A stretch of 64,000 nt of DNA from Lama glama. Its lineage: Eukaryota. The notes beneath the pieces are model-generated. The model did not search any database and was not told the DNA's origin. It was given only the letters and a program-made list of their open reading frames with translations. A program made the position numbers and the translations under genes. The stretch covers positions 6,140,001-6,204,000 of the forward strand of contig CM052817.1 in NCBI GenBank assembly GCA_028534125.1. Reading direction: 5' to 3'. Positions 47,685-60,307 of the stretch are shown here, in pieces (position 1 is the stretch's first letter; every line of letters begins with the position of its first letter).

Positions 47685-48989
47685 GTGAATGAATGAATTT
47701 AATTTGCCTTCCACAATCTTATGTAAAACAAGGGAAAGGGCCCCTGCCCTGCCCACTCCAAAGACTGGATGAGTGTCAAAAGAGACTTATTGACAGTGAC
47801 AAATGAGCTTGACAAATAAAAGAGTTTTATTTTGCTTTTTTATTCAAAGAAAATTTCTTTGGCAATTTCCACCTCTCACAGCCTCCTCTGCTCGTAAAAT
47901 AAGGTCTCAAACAGTCAATGATAAGAATCATTGTAGAACAAATGTTTAGAAGGTGATCTGAAATAAAATTAGTCCACAGGAAAAAGCAGACATTTTCGGC
48001 AGCATTCGAAAAGCAAAAGTTAAAATAACAAATACAAACATGAGGTTGGCATATATTTGTGAGCAAGTCTGTCAGTTAATTCAGTAAATATTTGTTTCCT
48101 TCTGACACATGCACTGTGTTCTTTTGGAGTACTTAGGGAGGAGCTCGGTAATGAGCTGTTTACTTTATTATAATCTGAAAACAAACCAAGGTACGTGCAA
48201 AATGCAGCCACATAATTAAGGAAGAGTAAGTTACAGCCCATCACCAGAGCCTCCCATCTACCTGAACTCCAGTCCAGCATCAGGCCTTGCCCAAGACCCT
48301 TGAAAGTCATCAATTTACTGCACGGAAGACAGATTTACTGACTCGTTAAAGTGTGCTAATTATTCCACAATTTTGAAAGTGAGAACATGTGGGAGCTGTT
48401 TTCCTTGTGTTTCTGCTTCAAAAACAAAGTACATGAAACTGAAAAGGATTTTCTATCATCTCTGTTGTTTGCAAATGCTATTCAAAGTTCACCAAATTCA
48501 CCAAAATTAAAAATACTTACTTTCCCCCTGGTCAAAGGCTGTCTGATACTCACTTACTCTTCTCACACCTTTTTATGTCTAGTGTTCTTCCTCCCCCAAG
48601 CTGTGACCACTTCTACCAAGACGCACACGGCTAAATTAAAAGTGAACTATTCTGATTTTAATTTAATTTATTTAATTAGTTGTTGGGTCAGCACAAGGTG
48701 AGCAGCTGGTAAGATGCTTTAATTTGTCTTCCCAAATCCAGCAGATGCATTGATGCTGTAAGGACAGGCCTCTGAGGACACAGAGCCAGTCTTCGGTGGA
48801 CACAGAGGGAGAGTCCCAGGCAGGGAGGGGGGGCCTTGAGGGATGAGGGGGGACTGTCTCAGGCCGGAGGACTCATTCATTTCTCTGGCTTGGGGATGAG
48901 AAAAGCTTAAGAGCTGGGGCCCAAAGGCAGCTATTGAATGAGCCTGTCATCTGTAGATGCACCCAAATCCAAAATAATACTGAGTTACT

Positions 48990-49692
48990 TGAAAACTGAA
49001 CCGTCCATATGATTCAGCCATCTCATGCCTGATTGTATATCTGGGGAAAAAATTAAACTCTAATTTGAAATGATGCATGGACCCCAGTGTTCATAGCAGC
49101 ACTATTTGCAATGGCCAAGACGTGGAAACAACCCAAGTGCCCATCAACAGACAATTGGCTTAAGAAGATATGATATATATGTGATATATGTATATGTATA
49201 TTTCTTTGTACATTTATATACACACACACATACGTACAATGAAATATTAGCCATAAGAAACAATGAAATACTGCCATTTGCAGCAACATAGATGGACCTA
49301 GAAATTATCATACTTAATGAAGTCAGTCAGACAGAGAAGGGCAAATACTATATGATATCATTTATATGTATAATCTAAAAAACATACAAAGGAATCTATC
49401 TACAAAACAGAAACAGATTTGCAGACACAGAAACCAAACTTACTGTTAACAAAAGGAAGAGGGAAGGAGGGACAAATTAAGAGTATGGGATTAACGGATA
49501 CAAATTACTGTGCATAAAATAAACAACAAGGATTTACTGCACAGCACAGGGAATTATATTCCATATCTTGTAATAACCAGTAATGGAATATAATCTAAAG
49601 AAATAACTGAAACATTTGCTGTGCACCTGAAACTAACCTAATATTGTAAATCAATTGTATATACTTCAATTTAAAAAAAAAGAAAAGAAAAC
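48990..49692 (+). mobile_element. 5'-truncated L1 (ORF2 end + 3'UTR + A tail)
   Basis: TTCATAGCAGCACTATTTGCAATGGCCAAGACGTGGAAACAACCCAAGTGCCCATCAACAG..TATACTTCAATTTAAAAAAAAAG. Confidence 0.93.
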
Positions 49693-50140
49693 CAGGTTTC
49701 AGGAGCATGGAGATGAGATTTTTCAGTAATAGTTTAGTAACAGCTAGATGTTTACCTATTGGTTACCTAATGGTTTTAACCATTACATACTTAAGGGGAT
49801 TTTTATTCTTTTGCCTTTCTGTGTACATGAACTTTGTCCTTACCAGCTTGCACGTGCCTGGAGGCAAAAGTGAGAACTGTCCCAGACAGAATGCAGGGAA
49901 GGAGCAAAGTAGTAAGTGGCTTTTGACCTGCAGAAATAGGACCAGGCACGAAGGCAAAGGGCCTGCGAGCCAGGCCATGGTCTTGAGAGAAAGTTTTCCA
50001 AATTCCTACTTCTCCTCCTTTGGCCCGTGAACTAGCATGTCTAAAGGATCCACTGTGTTCTCCAGCAACCTAAGAGAAATCCTCTCTCCTACAGAAGCAG
50101 GGGCCGGAAGCCATTTCATGAAAGAATATGATGGGAGGAC

Positions 50141-50644
50141 TGTTCATGGTTGAATTGTGCCTCCCACCAAAAGATAACGCTGAAGTCCTCACCTCCAGGA
50201 ATGGTCAGCGGACATGGCTTTGTGTTGAGATGGTCTCTGCAGATTGAATTAAGTTACGATGAGGTTATTAGGATGAGCTCAAATCCAGCACGACTGGGGC
50301 TTTTCTGAGAAGGCAGCCGTGTGAAAACACAGACACAGAAGAAAGCCGCGTGAAGACACGCAGACACAAGACAGACACACAGACATCGGGACACTGTGTG
50401 GCAACAGAGGCAGAGACTGGAGCGATTCATCTGCAGCCAAGGAACGCCAAGGGCCACTGACCAACACCAGAAGCTGAAAGAGGCAAGGAAGCACTCTCCC
50501 GGCAGGTTTCAGTGGGAGCAGAGCCCCTGCTGACACCTTGATTTTGGACTTTGGGTCTCCAGGACTATGAGACGATGCAGTCATGTTGTTTTAATTAACC
50601 CATCTTATGGCACCGTTTCAGGGAAGTCCTAGGAAGCTACCACA
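50141..50644 (+). mobile_element. MaLR LTR (MLT1C-like)
   Basis: TGTTCATGGTTGAATTGTGCC..GAGGCAGAGACTGGAGCGAT..CCTGCTGACACCTTGATTTTGGACTT; TSD AGGAC/AGTAC. Confidence 0.88.
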
Positions 50645-51264
50645 AGTACGATAGGGAAGACAAAAGGGAAAACCGGAGGAGAACAAGACGTGGCCATTAT
50701 CGCCCACTCTGGGCTTCTGCCTGAAGGACGTGGGACCATCAGTAAGCCCATGTGACAATAAAGACTGGGGTAAATGTGGGGGGGTCTTCTCAGACGACTT
50801 TGGGGGAGGCTACCTCAAGAAAAACCTGCTGGTACAATGTGTCTAGTAGGGGAAACCAAGAGGCTTATCATTCCCAAAGCTTCTCTTGGTGACTTTGTGT
50901 CATTTCCAAGGACGAAGGAACGCTGGAACCAACAGAACTTTATGTTAGAATTTCACATTTGTCTTGAAGTTCCAATTACTGCTCTTATCTCCTTTTCTCA
51001 GTCTTATAGATTTGTTTTGAATGAGGTGGGAATTCAGCTCCTAGTTTTCCAGTGAGGAAACCATTGTACAAGTTGGTGAAACAAAGATTACTTTTCCTGA
51101 CATCCCAATTTCTGTTAATGGCATGACCATTCATTGAGCCACCCGGCCTTGATACCCCACATGCAGCTTAAGTGCTTGCCTCTCTCAACTGCAATGCCGT
51201 CACGATCATTCCTCACTGTGTTAAACACCCTATCAGGCTTCCTAAGGTCAGCCTCCTGCCTGCT

Positions 51265-51720
51265 CCATTCATTCAAGAAACAAATAAAACAATGCTTAGT
51301 AAGCAAGAGGTATTTGAGATTTTATGTGTGCAGTGACAGTGACATCTGCCTTCATAGAGCTTTACCATCTATTAACAAGTGTAGCTAGAAAGTAAATAAG
51401 TGCCCAGGTAAACTTCTAACTGAAATTGTCATAAACGCTGTGAAAAGAAAGTGCAGGGTTCTGTGAGAGATTGTTAATAGGGGAACTGATTTGGTCTGGG
51501 GAATAATAAAGAAAGACTTCCCTGAGGACGTGACATTCGCTGCAAGATGCTATGAGTGAGCAGGAGCTATCTGGGTGGAGGTGGGTGGTGGTGGACTAAG
51601 AGTTTGTGGTAAAAACCTTACATAAGGACTGAAGGAAGAATGAGCATGGAAGGAACCTGAAAAAGGAAGCAGGATGGCAATGGAGAGCCTGTGGGGAAGG
51701 CTACAAGAGCAACAGAAAAC
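51265..51720 (-). mobile_element. L2 fragment
   Basis: CATTCATTCAAGAAAC..TCTGCCTTCATAGAGCTTTAC..AAAGACTTCCCTGAGGACGTGACATT. Confidence 0.7.
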
Positions 51721-51848
51721 TATTGTAGAACTTTCGCTGGGCGGTTACATCTGGTGGGGCCACAGCCTTCAATCACCAGGCTTTGCTGTGACGAGATGGG
51801 AAGGGTCCGCACTGGTCCCTGCTGCAAGGGGAGGATCTGATCTCCATT

Positions 51849-52019
51849 CAGTGATCTCAGCTTGGTTGTATGTGGGGCCCACCTGAGGACCTGGCCAATA
51901 TTCTGGAGTTGACTCTTGCCCCCAGAGTCACATGCAATTCATTTGGGTACACTCTGGACATTTCCATTTGTAACACTTCTTCAAGTGGTCCTAACATGTA
52001 TCAAGATGGAGAACCACTG
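51849..52019. mobile_element. MER5-like MITE
   Basis: TIR-like CAGTGATCTCAGCTT / GAGAACCACTG; TTCCATTTGTAACAC. Confidence 0.6.
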
Positions 52020-52144
52020 TGATACCTGGGTGGCCAGCTCCATAAAGGCAAGCCATGAAGGCTTTCATTTTTCCTGTCTCTTTTAATATCCTTTACCCTG
52101 ACCCCATATATACAGCAGTGTCTGATGTAATTCTTAATAAGTAC

Positions 52145-52260
52145 AGAGGAAGGAAGGAAGGAAGGAAGGAAGGAAGGAAGGGAGAGAGGAAGGGAGGAAG
52201 AAAGGAAGGAAGGGAGGGAGGAAGAGAGGAAGAAAGGAAGGAGGGAGGGAGGGAGGGAGA
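52145..52260. repeat. (GGAA/GGGA)n purine microsatellite
   Basis: Directly visible. Confidence 0.95.
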
Positions 52261-52297
52261 TGAACATCTTTATAAAGCCTACCACATTGCTGTTATA

Positions 52298-52299
<2 letters not shown>

Positions 52300-52353
<54 letters not shown>
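52300..52353. repeat. (CT)n microsatellite
   Basis: Directly visible. Confidence 0.97.
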
Positions 52354-52355
<2 letters not shown>

Positions 52356-52399
52356 CCCCTCATTTAACCTACCATCCCCTAGGTTTTGAATGTTTTCAT

Positions 52400-52720
52400 G
52401 GCTACCCAGCTGAACATTACCTCTCACTGCTTTCTTGGCAGGTTGTGGCGAAAATGTTGACCAAAAGAATGTAATAGGAAGTTATATGTGCAAGTCTCAA
52501 GTTAAATCCTCAAAGACAAACATGGTTGCATTTCACCTTCCCTTTTCCCCTCCTAGGGCTGGAACACAGACAAAGAGTTTGTGAGCCAGTTTCAACACTG
52601 CAGGTGAAAGGAACACACCTTGGGGGGGTGAAGCAACAAGATAATGCTACCAAGTGTTTGGCCATACAGAAAAACTTCACATAACAACTAGCTTTCCACT
52701 AGAAAGAGAAAATAAATGTT
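52400..52720 (+). mobile_element. Old MaLR LTR (MLT1J-like)
   Basis: TTGACCAAAAGAATGTAATAGGAAGTTATATGTGCAA..GGCTGGAACACAGAC..GAAGCAACAAGAT. Confidence 0.55.
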
Positions 52721-53558
52721 ACTGTGACTGTCATTCAGGAAATAAATATATGAATGTATATCCTATTTTAATAACCAGCTACAAAAAGTAATGTTAGGAA
52801 AATAGCAGTGTCAGATATTAATTTAATATGTGTTTCTCTCTAATAGTTTGACATCAATTCTTTGGGAAGCTTATGTATTTGAGGCCAAGTTAACATACAG
52901 AATATTATGTTGTTATTATGGGAATCTCATATTCCTTCATGATTGTATATCGAATTGTATTTGATGTCAATTGAGCAAAAGATGCAAATGGAGTTGCACA
53001 CTCCACGGGTGTTCACTCTACACCTTAAAAGGAGTAAGCTATGGCAAAGCATTTGTTACAACTGTGAGATCCTTGTTTTTCATATGCATTTATACCAGCA
53101 ACCTAATGCTTTATTTCTCCAAATGTCCATGAACTGCAGGTGACAGATGGATACTGAAAATGTTTTAGCTGCTCTAAACAGGAGTTCTGGAGTTATTCTC
53201 AGGACACACTTTTTCATCTTTAAATCAAAAGTATTTAAACTCTTTAAGAACAAAAAAAAATAGAAAAAAATCAGGGTGTGTGAGAAAGAGTGGGTGAACG
53301 TTCACACCAGCTGGCTCACTCAAGTCTTCAGTTGTTGAATAAGCTTATGGGACTCCTTTTCATCTCTAAAATGAAAACTGTTCCTGCTGGGTAGAATTAA
53401 ATGTGTTAATGCACCAAAGCCCGTCGGACCCTTCATGTGTCTGTACCTGCAAACTTCTGATACCTCTGGGTCAACACAGTGGGGGAAAATGCCACACAGC
53501 TTCAGTTTCACAAAAGTAGTTTTCAATAGCTCACTTTACATTTCCCCTGAAACACAAA

Positions 53559-54036
53559 TGTGGTTGACAGAATAATGCCATCTTCCTTCAAAGACGTCCA
53601 TCTTCAAGTCCCCAGAACCTGTGAATATGTTACATTACATGGCAGAAAGTGACCTTATAGGTGTGGTTAGACTAAGGAGCTTCGGTTGAAGAGAGTACAC
53701 TGGGTTATCCAGGACAAGGACCAGTATAATCATAGGCATCCATATAAGAGGAAGGCAGGAGGGTCAGAGTCAGAGAAGGAGATATGACAGTGGAAGCAGA
53801 TGTTGGAGTGATGCAGGGCTACAAGCCAAGGGATGCTGGAATCTCTAAAAACTGCAAAAAGCAAGTAAGCAGATTCTCCCCTAGAACCTTCAGCAGGAAG
53901 GCAGCCCTACTGACAACTGGATTTTAGGCCAGTAAAACCCATTTCCGACTTCCTAACTCTAGAATCCTAAAACAATAAATCTGTGTTGTTTGAAACCATT
54001 ATAAGTTGATTTGTTAAATTACCAATAGGAAATTAT
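53559..54036 (+). mobile_element. MaLR LTR (MLT1D-like)
   Basis: TGTGGTTGACAGAATAATG..CCCCAGAACCTGTGAATATGTTACATTACATGGCAG..GGAGGGTCAGAGTCAGAGAAGGAGA..AATAAATCTGTGTTGTTT. Confidence 0.9.
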
Positions 54037-54049
54037 CTTTTTAATGGAA

Positions 54050-54462
54050 AACCATTAACCAAGACCCCTAGAGTATACATATCATATGCAAAAATGAAAT
54101 CACAGTGGATAACAGAGCAAAATTAGAACAATAGAATCCCTTCAAAAGTGCAGAACACCTTTGAAGTAGACAAATATTTCATAGACAGGATATGAAAAAG
54201 TGAATTGACTGCATCAAAAATGAAAACTTCTGCTCACAAAAAGACATCTCTAGGAAAATTCAGAGAAGGTCCCATAAGGATAGAAAATATTTGATATATG
54301 TAATTGACAAGGGACTTGCATTTATAATACATGAAGAACTCATACAGCTCAATAAAAAGATGAACAACCCAAAGCTTAAAATATGAACAAAAGAACTGAG
54401 CAAACACTTTGCAAAAGAAAATATACAAATGGCCAACAAGCACATGAAAATATGTTCAACAT
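54050..54462 (+). mobile_element. Old L1M ORF2 fragment
   Basis: AAAAATGAAAACTTCTGCTC..GAGCAAACACTTTGCAAAAGAAAATATACAAATGGCCAACAAGCACATGAAAATATGTTCAACATC. Confidence 0.8.
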
Positions 54463-54612
54463 CGATTGATTTGCGTATGTTGAACCAGCCTTGTGTCCCT
54501 GGGATGAACCCCACTTGGTCATGATGTATAATCTTTTTTATGTGTTGTTGGATTCTATGTGCTAAAATTTTGGTGAGGATTTTGGCGTCTATGTTCATCA
54601 GTGATATTGGCC
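54459..54612 (-). mobile_element. Young L1 ORF2 reverse-transcriptase-region fragment running into the gap
   Basis: ORF 54260-54598(-): [44 protein letters not shown], canonical L1 ORF2p, uninterrupted. Confidence 0.95.
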
Positions 54613-55112
54613 NNNNNNNNNNNNNNNNNNNNNNNNNNNNNNNNNNNNNNNNNNNNNNNNNNNNNNNNNNNNNNNNNNNNNNNNNNNNNNNNNNNNNNNN
54701 NNNNNNNNNNNNNNNNNNNNNNNNNNNNNNNNNNNNNNNNNNNNNNNNNNNNNNNNNNNNNNNNNNNNNNNNNNNNNNNNNNNNNNNNNNNNNNNNNNNN
54801 NNNNNNNNNNNNNNNNNNNNNNNNNNNNNNNNNNNNNNNNNNNNNNNNNNNNNNNNNNNNNNNNNNNNNNNNNNNNNNNNNNNNNNNNNNNNNNNNNNNN
54901 NNNNNNNNNNNNNNNNNNNNNNNNNNNNNNNNNNNNNNNNNNNNNNNNNNNNNNNNNNNNNNNNNNNNNNNNNNNNNNNNNNNNNNNNNNNNNNNNNNNN
55001 NNNNNNNNNNNNNNNNNNNNNNNNNNNNNNNNNNNNNNNNNNNNNNNNNNNNNNNNNNNNNNNNNNNNNNNNNNNNNNNNNNNNNNNNNNNNNNNNNNNN
55101 NNNNNNNNNNNN
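54613..55112. other. Assembly gap (500 N)
   Basis: Run of N. Confidence 0.99.
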
Positions 55113-55630
55113 AGACTTAAGAAAATAATATCTTACCATTTGCAGCAACATGCCTGGATCTGGAGGACATTATGCTACGTGGAATAAGCCAGACACAGAA
55201 ATACAAATACTGCATGACCTCATACGTAAGCAGAATCTAGCGAAACCGTGTGGAAATGAGCTCACAGAAGCACAGTGTAGTTGCCAGGGTGTTTCCAGGG
55301 GCAGTGGGGAGGGGGACCTGGGCAGGTGTTGGTCGAAGGTGCAAAGTTTTATTTATGCATTATAAATAATTCTGGAGATCCACTGCATATCATAGGGCCT
55401 ACGATTAACAGCAATTTATACTTAAAATTTTTCTAAGATGACAGATCTTATGTTAAGCATTTTACCACAAAAGAAAAAAATACAAAACAAAACAAAAAAT
55501 AGAGAAGGCAGATAAACTTTTGGAAGTGATGGATAAGTTTATGCTACTGATTGTAATAATGGTGTATTCTTATCTCCAAAGAAGTTAAGTTGCATACATT
55601 AAATACCTACAGTTTTTGTATGTCAAAAAA
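55113..55630 (+). mobile_element. L1MA/MB-like 3'UTR
   Basis: CCATTTGCAGCAACATGCCTGGATCTGGAGGACATTATGCTA..ACTTTTGGAAGTGATGGATAAGTTTATG..TTTTTGTATGTCAA. Confidence 0.85.
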
Positions 55631-55864
55631 GTCATCGTATGGCAAATCTTGGACCAGAACACAGTTCTTTTCACGCTAAGCAAGAGATCTTTCCAATTTT
55701 CAAGAGTGTTGCAAAAAAGTTATATTTAACGTGGAGGTACTAAAAGGTGGTATGATTTTTCTTCTCTGGTTTTTAAGGAAGAATCGAAAACTACTTTGGC
55801 TCTTCAGAAATCTGGTCCAAGATCTTCCCACCCCACCCCCTACCTAGCAACAGTGAGGAGATCC

Positions 55865-56351
55865 CAAGGGTAGAGTGCCAAATCTGATTTCCCTGTCATC
55901 AGACCCAGATTTACTCTAGCTCTTTTCTGCTTTGTATGGGAGTGGATTCTATCCCTTGCATGATACACTTTTTTCTGGCTCCCGTGCCTGCTGGCTTCCA
56001 GCTTGGTTCATTTAATGGGAGGGACCAGTGGAGACTGTGTCCTCATGAAAGAGAAGCCAGGATCCCTCACCTGTCCTGTCTGCCCCAAACAGCACTCCTC
56101 ACAACAGCTGCATTTTCTGTGTGTCTCCAGCTGCTGCCCGACAGGCTCGTCAAGGTCTGCTAGGGGCCCCTGTGTCTCTGATGACCCTGCCTCCCCCATT
56201 GCATCCTGTCACTCCAGGGCTCATGGTGCCTGCTGTTGCTCATGCTGAGCTAACTCCCCATCAGTTTCTTCATTACCTGTGCAACCTAAATTCTCTGCAT
56301 TAAACATAGTTGATGATAACCTTTTCTCCTGGTGGGACTTTGACTGATTCA
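55865..56351 (+). mobile_element. ERVL LTR (LTR33-like)
   Basis: CTGGCTTCCAGCTTGGTTCATTTAATGGGAGG..AGAGAAGCCAGG..CCTGCTGTTGCT..TCTCTGCATTAAA..TGACTGATTCA. Confidence 0.7.
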
Positions 56352-56624
56352 ACCAGACAAAGGTTAACAAACACCATTTAAAGTTAAGTTAAATATTCAA
56401 ATGTATTCTTAGTCTGGCAGGTAACAAATGAGTGAAACAGTCCAGGTAAAGAAAAATATATTCCTAATATAAAAGGACAGCAGAGCAAGTATAATGATAA
56501 ATGACACCTGTTCTTTGGTACGAGGGTCAGAAGACATCAGGGAAGGGAGGAAGAGAGAGAGCTGTAGCATGCTCGGGAAGTCCAAACCCTCTCTGCTCCA
56601 AAGAGGCTCCATCTCCACCTGTGT

Positions 56625-56740
56625 CCATATCTCAGGTGATTGTTAGAAATACACAAGCCAAGGACCCATACCAGGTCATCTGCATTTGAACAAGATGCCC
56701 AGGCGACTAAGATGCACTTCAGGTTTTGAGAAATGGCTGG
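56625..56740. mobile_element. MER5-like fragment
   Basis: TTGTTAGAAATACACA..ATCTGCATTTGAACAAGATGCCCAGGCGACT..TTTGAGAAATGGCTG. Confidence 0.6.
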
Positions 56741-58109
56741 TCCACAAGATCTCCTGCTAAAGGTGTACTTCAGCTCCGGCTGATTGCTGCTGCGTAAAAT
56801 TGTGTTCTTCAAGTTATCAGATTTTCCATTTCAGGGTAAATTGGAAATTACCAAACACATGTGAATTCCTTGATTTTCAATGCTGGACTAATTTTTTTAA
56901 GGGTGTACATACCGGATAGAATTCTTCTGTGGTCTCATAGAAGCAGCAGGGTCAGTGGGTACATATGCTTAAGAAAACAAAGGGTGGAGCCTGGAACATG
57001 TGTCAACAAATCATATGAGCACCTTTTATCTTATTGAAATTTACCTCTATCTTACATGGGTTTCTCCTTCTATGGGTGGGGAATCACAGGGAGACTGGTT
57101 CCCAGGACAGTAAGAGTGGCTCAAAGGCACACAGTGTATCAGGAGAGGTTAAGCAAGAAACTTAGCAGGCTCCAAATACTTCTCTTCTCTCATCATAGAT
57201 TTGCTTTCAGAGTTAACGGGTTTGTGCCCTGGTGACCTGGGATCTATCCAAGGTGCTAAAAGCCTGGGATTTCTCCCTGCTGTGTCTCCAGCAAATAGAG
57301 AAATGGTTAGGTGCAGAAACTTCCTCACCGTTAACAAAATAGACGTTTAATTACCAGAAGCTTCTGTGTTCCCACAGCAGGATGCATAAAAAGGAAGTAA
57401 AACATAATTGTGGCAGTGCGTCTGGTTCGGAAATTAAAACTCAGCAAGGAAGGGCGTGCAGGGAGCCAGATGGTGTGGAGCATAAGGTGGCCTGCAGTGA
57501 GCCATTTCCCACTCAGGTGGATCTCATTGGGAGCTGATTTGTTCGAGGCTGGGCTGCCCCTGGGACAGGCCCCTGGCTCTCTGTTTGGGGATTGTCTGTG
57601 CCTGTTTTAACAATCATTCCCTGTCTGGCAGATTTTTTTCCAAAGAGGCTCAGATGTCTTGTCAATGGTTAGACAGCAAAACTGCCAAATCTTAAGGGAC
57701 TTCTGAGAAACCTATGGACAGAGAAGAGCTGAGAAATGGTAGGTCTGTGTTTCTCATTTTTCTTATGTGTCATATTTAAGACCCCACTTGGGTCCTGGAA
57801 GAACATTCAGTGTAAAGGAAATGCTCCACTCCATGCCCCGTATTTGTGAATCTGGAATCCAGAAGTGTCTGATCTTGCTTATTCTGAGTCAGACTTTTTA
57901 TTCCCAACCCCTCTGATAGGGAGAATAAAACGGCACATGACAGAGGCATCCACCTCCTCAAGCCTTTTTTCCAGTTGCACCTTCTCTCCAAGAATGTTTG
58001 CTTTGCTTCCTTGCTACAATTTTGCATGTAATTCAGAGGTGTTCCTTCTCCAAAGTTGACCTAATCTTCCAATTCTTCTTCCCGTCAACTCTTATTTGTT
58101 CATAGATTT

Positions 58110-58830
58110 ATTCTATTTTTCCAACAAGTATTTAATGAGCAACTATTTTATTCCAAACACTAGTCTCACTGCTGGAAATAGAGTCATGAATCAAATGGAT
58201 AATAAACACATTGGATGATTTTGGAAAATGGGAAATTCTGGGCAGACATGCACATGCACACACACACACACACACACACACACCCTCTTCAGAATCCTGG
58301 GGTAGAGTGGGGTCATTACTTTAGTTGGGAGGGTCAAGTGAGGCCTCTCTGGGGAGGGGACATTTGAGTTGATCCCTCAATAATGAGAAATCCAGCCATA
58401 AAGAAGAGAAGATAGAGAGGGAGAGATGTTTTCCATGAAGAGGGAAGCTTGGAGGTAAGGATCTGAAGGAGGGTAATGACTGTGTGTGGTCATAAATGGA
58501 GGAGATGTGCTGGTGAATGGAGAGAATGGCAGGAGATGATATTGGAGAGGGTGGCCGTGGCTGCATCACATGGGATCACATAGTCCCAGGCAAGGATTTT
58601 AGTCTGTTGTGGTGAAAATGCATGAAAGATCTTAATTCCTAAACTAACTTGTGTCTTACAGAGATCGCTCCGGCTGTAGGATGAAGGGTGACCTACCAGG
58701 TAGACAAGAATGGGGTCAGGAAGAGCAGTCAGGAGGTTATTGTCGAAATCTAGGTGTGAAATGATGCTGGCCTGACTAGGATGAGAGATGGAAGAATGGT
58801 GAACAGTATTAAGGATATTTTTGGAGGAAG
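58110..58830 (-). mobile_element. L2 fragment with embedded (CA)n (~58257-58283)
   Basis: CCAACAAGTATTTAATGAGCAACTA..GAGGCCTCTCTGGGGAGGGGACATTTGAGTTGA..TCAGGAGGTTATTGTCGAAATCTAGGTGTGAAATGATG. Confidence 0.8.
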
Positions 58831-59216
58831 CTCCACTCCAGGCAGCCCCACCTTGGTTATGTCAACTTTATTTACTGAGTTTGCTCAAATTCCAGCAAGT
58901 GTTGAATCATATAGTTCCTTCCTACGCACCGTGTAGACTCCCATGGTTCAAATAAAATGGTAAAGGGGAATGTTTGTTATACTAAGAATATTTACTGTTG
59001 AAGGCTCAGTAAGCATTCTGAAAACTTGCATTTACTGATAAGGCACTGCACATGCAGAGAAGAGCAGAAGATTGCAGTAGAGTGGAGGCTGCACAACCAG
59101 AAGAACATGATCATTACCCTGGAGAGAAAAGATCCTTCAGGATGGAACACGCATTTGAAAGATCATCATATGTTGAAGGAGGCAACCTATTTGGCACCTG
59201 AGCAAAACGACAAGGC

Positions 59217-59639
59217 TGCACAGTTTTCTGAGGCTGCTGTAATGGTACCACATACTCAGTGGCTTGGCAACAGAAATGCATTATCTCACAGTTCTTGAAA
59301 CTAGAAGCCTGAGATGAAGGTGTCAGCAGGGTTGGTTCCTCCTGAGGGGTGGGGGTGGGGGTGGGGGTCTGTCCCAGGTCTCCCTCCTGGTTCCTGGTAG
59401 TTAGTTGGCAATCTTCGTCATTCCTTGGCTTGTGGAAACACCACCCTGACTTATATCTTCACATGGACACCTCTCTGTATGTTATCTGTTTAGAAATTTT
59501 CCTTTTTACAAGGATATTGGCCATATGGGGTCATGGCCCACCCTGGTGCCCTTCTCTTAATCTGATTACATCTGCAGCATACTGGGGGCTGGGATTTCAA
59601 CGTATCTTTTCTCAGGGGAGCACAATTCAATGCATAAGA
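59217..59639 (-). mobile_element. MaLR LTR (MLT1C-like)
   Basis: GAGGCTGCTGTAATGGTACCACA..TCTCACAGTTCTTG..AAGGTGTCAGCAGGGTTGGTTCCTCCTGAGGG..CACAATTCAA. Confidence 0.85.
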
Positions 59640-59654
59640 AGGACTAGTTGGTAG

Positions 59655-59880
59655 AAGTTGAGAGAAGGCAGATTTTGTCTCAATGTGAAGATTAGTTTTT
59701 CAGAAGTCAGAATCTTGCAGCCACAGGGAAGTTCTGCCTTTCTCAATAGCAAGTGCTCAGTACCTGGAGATTTTCAAAAGAAACCAAGGATCTTGTGAGC
59801 AGGGATGTCTACACTGCATGCTATGACAGGTAGAAATGATCTCTGCTGACCTCAAAAGCTAGCTGCCCACAGGTCTATAA
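59655..59880 (+). mobile_element. L3/CR1 LINE 3' fragment
   Basis: AAGTTGAGAGAAGGCAGATTTTGTCTCAATGTGAAG..CTGGAGATTTTCAA..AGGTAGAAATGATCTCTG resemble the CR1/L3 3' end. Confidence 0.55.
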
Positions 59881-59983
59881 TATTTATCTCATTAATAATA
59901 ACAGCTGACATTTACTGATGCCTCACAGGGAGCCAAGCTCTAGATTGAGATTTTTCTTTTTAATTACAAAAACCTCATGAGGT

Positions 59984-60307
59984 TACAGCATGGATGAATC
60001 TTGAAAACATTATGCTAAGTGAAAGAAACCAGACACAAAAGGCCACATATTGTATGATTCTACTTATGTAAAATGTCAAGAATAGAAAAATCCATAGAGA
60101 ATGAAAATAAATTAGTGTTTCTAAGACCTGGGGAGAGGGGGTGGAGAGTGATTGCTGTTGGGTAAAGAGAACCTTTTTGGGGGTGATGAAAATGTTCTGG
60201 GGTTAGATAATGATGATGTTGGCACAACTTTATATACAAACCCACTAGCTTGTACACTTTAAAATGGTGGATTTTAAGGTATAAGATTATATCTCAATAA
60301 AAAAAAA
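59984..60307 (+). mobile_element. L1MB-like 3' end inserted into a reverse-strand MIR (~59890-60425)
   Basis: CATGGATGAATCTTGAAAACATTATGCTAAGTGAAAGAAACCAGACACAAAAGGCCACAT..TATCTCAATAAAAA; TSD AAAAACCTCATGAGGT (59968-59983) / AAAAGTCTCAGGAGGT (60304-60319). Confidence 0.9.

Noticed and set aside
52001..52474. ORFs of 120 and 139 aa
   Set aside because: Driven by (GGAA)n and (CT)n repeats.
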